NCBI GenBank assembly: GCA_963693095.2
Contig: OY843768.1
Location: forward strand, 800,001 to 864,000
Origin: Cenarchaeum sp.
GTDB taxonomy: Archaea > Thermoproteota > Nitrososphaeria > Nitrososphaerales > Nitrosopumilaceae
DNA length: 64,000 nt
Direction of reading: 5' to 3'
The notes under the pieces are model-generated. The model made no database searches. It was not told where the DNA came from and saw only the letters and a list, made by a program, of their open reading frames with translations. The translations under genes and the position numbers were made by a program. Shown here one piece after another: positions 57,328 to 64,000 of this stretch. The first letter of the stretch is position 1, and each line of letters opens with the position of its first letter.

Positions 57328-58343
57328 GACAGGCGCGAGGCGACCTCTTGGGCAAACTCTAGCGTGGACAGCGTGCCGCCAATGTCGCGCGTCTTGGCGC
57401 CAGAGGCGACCGTGTCATACACCGCGCCGGAGAGGCGCGAGGCCGCCTGCGCGCAGTGCGAATCGTCCCTGGTCCGTCCCAGCCATTCGAGCATCATGCA
57501 TGCCGAGAGGATGAACGATGACGGGTTGGCCGACTGTGTGCCCGCAATGTCAAAGGCTGCCCCATGGACAGGCTCAAAGATGGCCGCAGACTCCCCAATG
57601 TTTGCCGCCGGCGCCATGCCAAGGCCGCCGACTGCCTGTGCTGACTCGTCAGAGAGGATGTCCCCGAACATGTTCGTCGTGACAATGACGTCAAACTTTT
57701 GCGGCTCGCGAATGAGGTTCATGGCGCACGCGTCAACGTACATCTCGTCAAACTCAATGTCATCATACTCGGAGGCCACGCGCGCGCACGCGCGGGAGAA
57801 TATCCCGTCAGTGATGCGCATCACGTTGGCCTTGTGAACGCACGTGACACGGCGCTTTTTTGCGCGTGCCCTGGCCTCCTCAAACGCGCAACGCGCTATC
57901 CTCTCAGACGCGCCGTCAGAGACCGTTCGGAGCGCAACGCCGGCGCCGCCTCCAAGGTCAACCTCCCCGCCGGTGTACACGTCCTCGGTGTTTTCGCGCA
58001 CGATGACGAGGTCAATGTCATCACGAAGGGCCGGCATTCCCGGATACGAGCGTGCCGGCCGTATGTTTGCATAGAGATCAAGCTCGCTTCGCAGGAACAC
58101 GATCACGTCCCTTGCGCTCTCGCCGACAGGGGCCTTGAGGCACGCATCAGAGGAGCGGATCGCCTCAAGCGTCGACTCGGGGAGGGCATTGCCGCATGAG
58201 GCAAGCGCGGCATCACCGGCCTGCACGCGCTCCATTCCAATGTCCACACGGAGCTTGCCGCGTGCCTCATTGAGGACTAGCTCTGTGGCATCGGCAAGCT
58301 CGGGACCAATGCCGTCACCTGTCACAAGCGATATGCGGTGCAT
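57324..58343 (-). CDS. leuB: 3-isopropylmalate/isocitrate dehydrogenase family protein (probably LeuB)
   Basis: GDGIGPE, RENTE, HKANV, NMFGDILSD, FEPVHG; downstream of ilvBN. Confidence 0.85.
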   Translation of the reverse strand: MHRISLVTGDGIGPELADATELVLNEARGKLRVDIGMERVQAGDAALASCGNALPESTLEAIRSSDACLKAPVGESARDVIVFLRSELDLYANIRPARSYPGMPALRDDIDLVIVRENTEDVYTGGEVDLGGGAGVALRTVSDGASERIARCAFEEARARAKKRRVTCVHKANVMRITDGIFSRACARVASEYDDIEFDEMYVDACAMNLIREPQKFDVIVTTNMFGDILSDESAQAVGGLGMAPAANIGESAAIFEPVHGAAFDIAGTQSANPSSFILSACMMLEWLGRTRDDSHCAQAASRLSGAVYDTVASGAKTRDIGGTLSTLEFAQEVASRLS

Positions 58344-58365
58344 GGGACCATTGTCCGGCCGGCGC

Positions 58366-58854
58366 TCACGCACCGGCCCTCTGGAGGGCTGCCATTCCGG
58401 TGCGCGCCACCTCTATTATCCCAAACGGCCTCACAAGATCCTCAAAGGCAGACACCTGGTCAGGCGGTGCCGTAAGCTCGACCATTATCGAGTCACGCCT
58501 TACGTCATGCACCTTGCCGCCGTACGCGAGCGCAAGCTTGTTTATCTCCATGCTGTCCTTTGCGTCCCCAAGGCGTATCTTGAATATCGCAAGCTCGCGA
58601 AACACGGTCTTGTGCTCGTCAAGGGAGGACACCTCCACGGTGTCTATGAGCTTGTTGAGCTGCTTTATCATCTGGGCGACCTGGCGGGGATCCTGGTTGC
58701 GCACGGATATCGTCATTCTTGAAAACTCTGGATCCTCTGTTGGCCCCACAGAGATGCTCTCAATGTTAAAGTTGCGAGACCTAAACAGGTGCGTGACCTT
58801 CCAGAGGATTCCAGGCCTGTTCTCCACCTTTATCGAGAGTATCGTCAACGCCAA
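58366..58854 (-). CDS. ilvN: Acetolactate synthase small subunit
   Basis: VENRPGIL, FNIESISVG, KQLNKLID, EVARTG. Confidence 0.95.
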   Translation of the reverse strand: MALTILSIKVENRPGILWKVTHLFRSRNFNIESISVGPTEDPEFSRMTISVRNQDPRQVAQMIKQLNKLIDTVEVSSLDEHKTVFRELAIFKIRLGDAKDSMEINKLALAYGGKVHDVRRDSIMVELTAPPDQVSAFEDLVRPFGIIEVARTGMAALQRAGA

Positions 58855-58860
58855 ATCACC

Positions 58861-60549
58861 TCACGACGGCAGGATCATGTCCCGCAGCGGCGTTCCTGGA
58901 GCCACAAACGGAAGCACGTCCTCCTCCGGATTTATCGGTATGTCAATCACCGTTGCCACGCTGTTTGACAGCGCAGTCCGCACGGCCGAGCCAATCTCGT
59001 CGAGGGACTCGGCCCTGATGCCCTCGGCGCCATACGCCTGGGCGAGCTTTACATAGTCAGGACAGTCCTTTTGGTCAACGCCTATCATCCTGCGCTCATA
59101 GAACGTGCGCTGCCACTGCGCGACCATGCCGAGCAGATAGTTGTTGATGAGGAACACGATTACGGGGATGTCTTCGGTCACCGACGTCGCTAGCGAGTTT
59201 TCCGTCATGTTAAAGCTGCCATCACCGGCAATGTCAATCACGGGCACGTCAGGGCGCGCGACCTTGGCCCCAATGGCCGCAGGAAAGCCCCACCCCATCG
59301 TTCCAAGCCCAGTCGAGCTGAAAAAGGTGCCTGGCTCAATGACATTGTAAAAGAGCGAGGCCCACATCTGGTGCTGCCCGACCTCCGTGGTCACTATGGA
59401 CTCGGCCGGCAGGACCTCGCGCAGCCGCTTTAGTATGCGCGATGCGACCATCTCGCCGCTTGGAATCTTTAGGTTTTCCTGCCAATAGTCGCGCGTCTCC
59501 TTTGCGTGGCGGACCCATGCGCCCTCCTCGCGCGAGGAGGGGGAGCGCTTTTGGAGCATCTTTACCATGATGCGCAGCGACGAGCGCACGTCGCCGACGA
59601 CGGCGACACTCGTCTTTTGGTTCTTGCCAATCTCTGCCGGATCCACGTCCATGTGTATGATCTTTAGGTTCTTTTCAAACTCCTCAAATGTCCCGACAGA
59701 CCTGTCCGAAAAGCGCGTCCCTATCGCAAGGACACAGTCAGCCTCGGTCATTATCTTGTTGGCCTCGGCGTGCCCGTGCATGCCGATTGGCCCGAGGGAG
59801 AGCGCATGGTTTTCGGGAAACGCCCCCTTGCCCTTGAACGTTGTCGCAACGGGTATCAGGAGCATCTCGGCTATCGCCTGCAGTTCTGCAAACGCCGAGG
59901 ATATTATTGTCCCGCCGCCGGCGAGTATCACGGGCTTTTCTGATGAGAGGAGGAGGTCCAGCGCACGCTCTATGCTAGGCATGTCAGGATCCGTCCACGG
60001 GTGGTATCCGCGTATGCGAAACTCGTCTGGAAACGTCATCTCGGCAGTGTCAGTCTGCACGTCCTTTGGAATGTCCACGAGAACCGGTCCGGGCCTGCCA
60101 GTCTCGGCGATAAAGAACGACTTTTTGACCGATTCGGGTATCTCTCCCGGTGCGCGAGGCTGGAACGCATACTTTACCACGGGGTTTGCCATTCCTATAA
60201 TGTCACTCTCCTGAAACGCGTCACGCCCAATCATCTTTACCGGAACCTGGCCGGTGATTGCCACCATTGGCGCAGAGTCAGCATACGCCGTAGCTATTCC
60301 GGTGAGGAGGTTTGTGGCTCCGGGTCCGGATGTCGCAAAGCAGACGCCGGGCTTGCGGCTGACGCGCCCAAAGCCATCGGCCATGTGCGCGGCGGACTGC
60401 TCGTGGCGCACGAGTATGTGGCGTATGTCAGACTTTGAGAGCTCGTCATACATCGGCAGGTTGGCCCCGCCGGGAAGCCCAAAGACCTGCTTTACGCCCT
60501 CCGCGTCGAGGGCGTGCATGAGTGCCGTGGCTCCCATCATCTCTGCCAT
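58861..60549 (-). CDS. ilvB: Acetolactate synthase large subunit
   Basis: FGLPGG, RHEQ, TSGPGATN, FQE, GDGSF...NN. Confidence 0.96.
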   Translation of the reverse strand: MAEMMGATALMHALDAEGVKQVFGLPGGANLPMYDELSKSDIRHILVRHEQSAAHMADGFGRVSRKPGVCFATSGPGATNLLTGIATAYADSAPMVAITGQVPVKMIGRDAFQESDIIGMANPVVKYAFQPRAPGEIPESVKKSFFIAETGRPGPVLVDIPKDVQTDTAEMTFPDEFRIRGYHPWTDPDMPSIERALDLLLSSEKPVILAGGGTIISSAFAELQAIAEMLLIPVATTFKGKGAFPENHALSLGPIGMHGHAEANKIMTEADCVLAIGTRFSDRSVGTFEEFEKNLKIIHMDVDPAEIGKNQKTSVAVVGDVRSSLRIMVKMLQKRSPSSREEGAWVRHAKETRDYWQENLKIPSGEMVASRILKRLREVLPAESIVTTEVGQHQMWASLFYNVIEPGTFFSSTGLGTMGWGFPAAIGAKVARPDVPVIDIAGDGSFNMTENSLATSVTEDIPVIVFLINNYLLGMVAQWQRTFYERRMIGVDQKDCPDYVKLAQAYGAEGIRAESLDEIGSAVRTALSNSVATVIDIPINPEEDVLPFVAPGTPLRDMILPS

Positions 60550-60735
60550 TTCGCGCATGCGGCAAGTCGGCATGGTTTAAAGCGTTGGTATGAGTGCGCA
60601 TCGCCTTAAAAAGTCACGAGGCGCAGCACGGGGATACTCTGCCTGCCATGCGGCGTCGCGCCGGTGCGCCCCTGCGCACACGCCCCCCACGGGGGCGCGG
60701 TTGCGTTAAATCAGGCGTGCCACGGGGGAGACCCG

Positions 60736-61182
60736 TTGCCCGAGATAACGCCCGAGATTGCCTCATTTCTTGAGCGCGTGCGCCTCGGGTTTGTGGCCAC
60801 AGTGTCGCCGGTCGGCAGGCCAAACGTCTCGCCAAAGGGAACCATAGTCTCGCTTGGCTCCTCGCGCCTAGCCTTTGCGGACATTCGCTCGCCGGACACG
60901 ATGGCAAACATTTCCAAAAACCCTGCAGTCGAGATTAGCGCAATAGACCCGCTCTCGCGTCGCGGGTACCTCTTTGCCGGAATGGCCCGCGCATGCGCGT
61001 CAGGTCCGGAGTTTGAGGAGGCGATGCGCGCCTACTCTGAGATGGGGATTCGCAGCCACATAAGGGCAGTCGCAATAGTTGACGTGGAGTCGATCTCGGA
61101 GGTGACATCACCGCTGTACGACACCGGAATGCGCGAAGACGAGATACGCGATGCATGGGCGCGGCGCTATGGCATGCGCTAG
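60736..61182 (+). CDS. Pyridoxamine 5'-phosphate oxidase family FMN-binding protein
   Basis: GFVATV...G.PNVSPKG, S..T..NI..NP. Confidence 0.88.
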   Translation: MPEITPEIASFLERVRLGFVATVSPVGRPNVSPKGTIVSLGSSRLAFADIRSPDTMANISKNPAVEISAIDPLSRRGYLFAGMARACASGPEFEEAMRAYSEMGIRSHIRAVAIVDVESISEVTSPLYDTGMREDEIRDAWARRYGMR

Positions 61183-62090
61183 TCGGCATCGTCATCATGC
61201 GCCAGCTCTTTGAGGCGCTTTTTGGACTTTGTGTGCTCGCGTCTCTCCTTTTCGAGCAAGGCACGAAGCGTTGCAATCTCCTTGTCTGCTGTATCAATCC
61301 TGTCGTTGAGGGATGCGACCATTGAGCTTGCGGCGCGCATGACATCGGCTCCACCGCCAGGTTTGGCCTGTGAGGCCATGTTGGACTCTTTGATCATTGA
61401 TCGCGTCTTTTGGAGCAGCTCACCAAACTTTTTGAGCTCTGCCTCTGCGTCCTTGCGCCTTTGCGCAATTCCGTCAAGCTCTGATGCGGCCTCGGCGATC
61501 TTTGAGTTGAGCTCCTCTAGCGCACGCTGCCTAGAGTCAAGCTCCGTGTTAACCCTTGCAAGCTCGCTGCTTGCGTCCTCGCGACTTCGCAGGTTTGAGC
61601 GAACCTCGGCATACTGGAGCTCTGATTCCTTGATCTGCGCATCAAGCTCATCAGCCCTTTTTTTGAGCTTTTCGCACGCGGCATTTGCAACTGTCGACTC
61701 GCGCCTCTTGGCCGCAAGCTCCCCCTTTGCCGCAAGAAGGCTCCCAACTGCGCCGTCATACTCTTTTTTCACGCTCTCGAGCTTGGCGTTTAGCGCATCA
61801 ATTGAGCGCGACGCATTGGCCGTGAGCGCGTCATTGGCAGTGTCGGCATCCTTTGAATGCGTATCCTCGTCCACGGCATCCTTTGAAGGCGCATCCTCAC
61901 CGGCGGCGTCCGTGCCGACATCGGCAGGGGCGATAGCCTCCGGCTCCCGCACCTCCCCGGCACCATGGCCCCCGTCGTCTGCGGCGTCGCGTGGGTCACC
62001 ACCCTCCACGCCACTGCCGCCATCACCGCCCCCGCGTCGGAACCAGCGCATGACGCCGGCTGCGCGATCGCCCGAATTTGTTGCTTTCAT
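61179..62090 (-). CDS. Coiled-coil hypothetical protein with acidic disordered N-terminus
   Basis: Long heptad pattern; in an apparent operon with lysS. Confidence 0.75.
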   Translation of the reverse strand: MKATNSGDRAAGVMRWFRRGGGDGGSGVEGGDPRDAADDGGHGAGEVREPEAIAPADVGTDAAGEDAPSKDAVDEDTHSKDADTANDALTANASRSIDALNAKLESVKKEYDGAVGSLLAAKGELAAKRRESTVANAACEKLKKRADELDAQIKESELQYAEVRSNLRSREDASSELARVNTELDSRQRALEELNSKIAEAASELDGIAQRRKDAEAELKKFGELLQKTRSMIKESNMASQAKPGGGADVMRAASSMVASLNDRIDTADKEIATLRALLEKERREHTKSKKRLKELAHDDDAD

Positions 62091-62287
62091 GCCCTGCGCC
62101 TCCCACGCACAAAGCTTAGGTAAAATCCCGCGCCCCCCGCGGCAAATCCGGCGATGATGGCCGCGATTCCAAGGTTTGGCGAGTCAGCAAGGTAGATCGG
62201 CGCAGTCACAAACGTGAGCGCCCCGAGGATGATCAGGAAAAAGCCGCCGCTGCGCCGGCCGGGGCCCTGCCCCTCGTGGTATGCCAT
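62087..62287 (-). CDS. Small two-TM membrane protein
   Basis: Two hydrophobic segments and a basic tail; 3 bp after the lysS stop. Confidence 0.75.
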   Translation of the reverse strand: MAYHEGQGPGRRSGGFFLIILGALTFVTAPIYLADSPNLGIAAIIAGFAAGGAGFYLSFVRGRRRA

Positions 62288-62290
62288 GGC

Positions 62291-63865
62291 TCAGAGGCTC
62301 CCCCTTATCATGGAGGCCACCTTTGCTGCGCCAATGTCACGGACAAACTTGCCAAGCCGCGGTCCGGACGGCGCGCCTATGACGATAAGGTAGATTGTGC
62401 GAAACATCTCGCGCGGCTGCACGCCGTGGCGCCGCGAGGCCTCACGCACGGCTTCTTGCGCGTCGGCCTGCGCGTCAAGCGCGTCGGCCAGCTCGGATAG
62501 CGCTGCGCGCATGGCGTCATCCTCAACCTTCATGTCAGCATCCCCGTGACCCCCAAAGTCATCTGCGTACCTGCCGGCAAGCTCTATTGCTTCGGCTAGC
62601 CCGTCACCGGGTTCCTTGATCGTGCCGTACTCGACGAGCTTTTTGGCGACAAGGTCCACCCTGTCGTCCCGAAACACGCGCGCAAGCTCGACGAGGAGCG
62701 AGTATGGCGCGCGTTCCTGCGGCGCACCAGGCGGGTCCAGAAGGTGCGCGTACTCGTAGAGTCCCCTGAGGCGCTCGAGGCGCTCGGCGTTGGGTTCGGC
62801 GACAATTCCAAAATAGGTGCGCTCTAGGCCAGCAAGCTCGTCCATGAGTTGCGGTATGTCCTCCACGCCCACGCGGCGCGCACCCTTTATCCTCTTGAAG
62901 AGCAGGAGGAGGAGGGACTGTGGTGTGCCATAGCGCAGCCACGCCTGGGGAGTAAAGACGTTGCCCGAAGACTTTGATATCTTGCCGCCTGAGCGGTCAA
63001 GGAACATCTCGTACTTCACGTGGTGTGGCGGCGCGCGTGAGAGCACGTTCTCAGAGACCCAGTCATTGACCATCACAGAGTCCATGATGTCCTTGCCATA
63101 CGCCTCAAACCTCACGTCAAGCGCTGTCCATCGTGCGGCAAACTCGACCTTCCAGGCGAGCTTGCCACGTCCGCGTGTCGCGTCAGTCTCACCGGCATGT
63201 CCGCACCCGCGCACCATCGCATGGCCAATCTCGGCGTCAACGCACTCATAGCTGATCCTGCCGGCGCCAAGGTGCTCACGCGCGACTGCCGTGTAGAGCC
63301 GGCCGCACGAGTCACACACCGGCCAGTACGGCAGCGTTCCGCGAAACTTTTCCTGTCCTGTCGCGTCTGCAATGTGCGCGCCGATCCGGTCGGCGGCCTC
63401 GAGTATTGCGACGGTCTGGGCAGCAAAGCGGCCCTCGGCGTAGGCCTTTTGCGCGCTAATGTGCGTGTATGGCACGCCTAGCGTGTCGAGTGCCTCGAGG
63501 AGGAGGCTGCTCATGTGCGAGCCATATGACTCGTGGCACCCGTGCGGGTCGGCAATGTCCGAGACGGGCCGGCCAATCTGCCCCTCAAGGGATGCCCCTT
63601 CGAGTCCGGCCGGCACCTTTCGCAGCCCGTCGAGGTCATCCGAGTATGCGACTAGCTCGGAGCGGTACCCCAGGTTTCCAAGCGCAAGGCTCACGCCGTA
63701 TGCCCTGACGGCGTCCCCGAGGCTGCCGATGTGCGGCACGCCCGAGGCGCCAAGCCCGCTCTCGACCCTGAGGAGTTCGGTGTCGCGCCCAAGTGACACC
63801 TCGCGCTCGACTAGCTCCGAGGCGAGCTTGTCTATCCACGTCCCCCGCCCGATCGTGGCGCTCAA
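62291..63865 (-). CDS. lysS: Lysine--tRNA ligase, class I
   Basis: SG.GASG.PHIG, DD.DGLRKVP, GKL.WKVE, E.YGKD, KISKSSGN. Confidence 0.96.
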   Translation of the reverse strand: MSATIGRGTWIDKLASELVEREVSLGRDTELLRVESGLGASGVPHIGSLGDAVRAYGVSLALGNLGYRSELVAYSDDLDGLRKVPAGLEGASLEGQIGRPVSDIADPHGCHESYGSHMSSLLLEALDTLGVPYTHISAQKAYAEGRFAAQTVAILEAADRIGAHIADATGQEKFRGTLPYWPVCDSCGRLYTAVAREHLGAGRISYECVDAEIGHAMVRGCGHAGETDATRGRGKLAWKVEFAARWTALDVRFEAYGKDIMDSVMVNDWVSENVLSRAPPHHVKYEMFLDRSGGKISKSSGNVFTPQAWLRYGTPQSLLLLLFKRIKGARRVGVEDIPQLMDELAGLERTYFGIVAEPNAERLERLRGLYEYAHLLDPPGAPQERAPYSLLVELARVFRDDRVDLVAKKLVEYGTIKEPGDGLAEAIELAGRYADDFGGHGDADMKVEDDAMRAALSELADALDAQADAQEAVREASRRHGVQPREMFRTIYLIVIGAPSGPRLGKFVRDIGAAKVASMIRGSL

Positions 63866-64000
63866 CGCCCAATCCCCCTTGCCATGTATGGGCCAAGCCT
63901 CCCGTACCCATGGCGCGCATAATAGCCGCGCGTGCCGACTGCGCTGATGACCAGTAGTGTAGAGGCGGCATAGTCATCATGTGCGATCCTTTCTGCCTCG
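63862..64000 (-). CDS. elp3: Elp3 tRNA wobble-uridine acetyltransferase (3' end only)
   Basis: Manual translation EAERIAHDDYAASTLLVISAVGTRGYYARHGYGRLGPYMARGIGR* matches the Elp3 GNAT C-terminus; overlaps the lysS start. Confidence 0.85.
   Translation of the reverse strand, partial: EAERIAHDDYAASTLLVISAVGTRGYYARHGYGRLGPYMARGIGR

Overview
GC-rich archaeal chromosome segment whose gene content (thaumarchaeosortase, DUF1512, Nre, cofC/cofD, Spt5-SecE, L19e/L32e, class I LysRS, archaeal ThrS) points to Nitrososphaerota/Thaumarchaeota, probably a Nitrosopumilaceae or Cenarchaeum-like lineage; this taxonomy is an inference. The backbone is housekeeping: six aminoacyl-tRNA synthetases, ppdK, pckA, ilvBN, leuB-like, F420 and menaquinone genes, RNase P RNA and tRNA-Pro(TGG). 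Five accessory patches interrupt it. (1) The 5' part of a large secreted repeat surface protein runs off the left edge. (2) A Fic gene with a broken catalytic motif lies beside a two-gene cassette bracketed by inverted copies of a ~225-bp MITE-like element; a third, decayed copy sits at 32.4 kb. (3) An AT-rich restriction-modification island (C5-MTase, DUF3883 endonuclease, C5-MTase). (4) An AAA_14/DUF4143 ATPase-nuclease preceded by a near-perfect array of seven 33-bp units plus a partial unit, back-to-back with rnpB. (5) A tandem pair of YwgA/Panacea(DUF4065)-like genes sharing a conserved palindromic upstream region, one split by an intact IS66 element with perfect 16-bp TIRs and an 8-bp TSD. 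All calls come from reading motifs by eye; no database searches were run.
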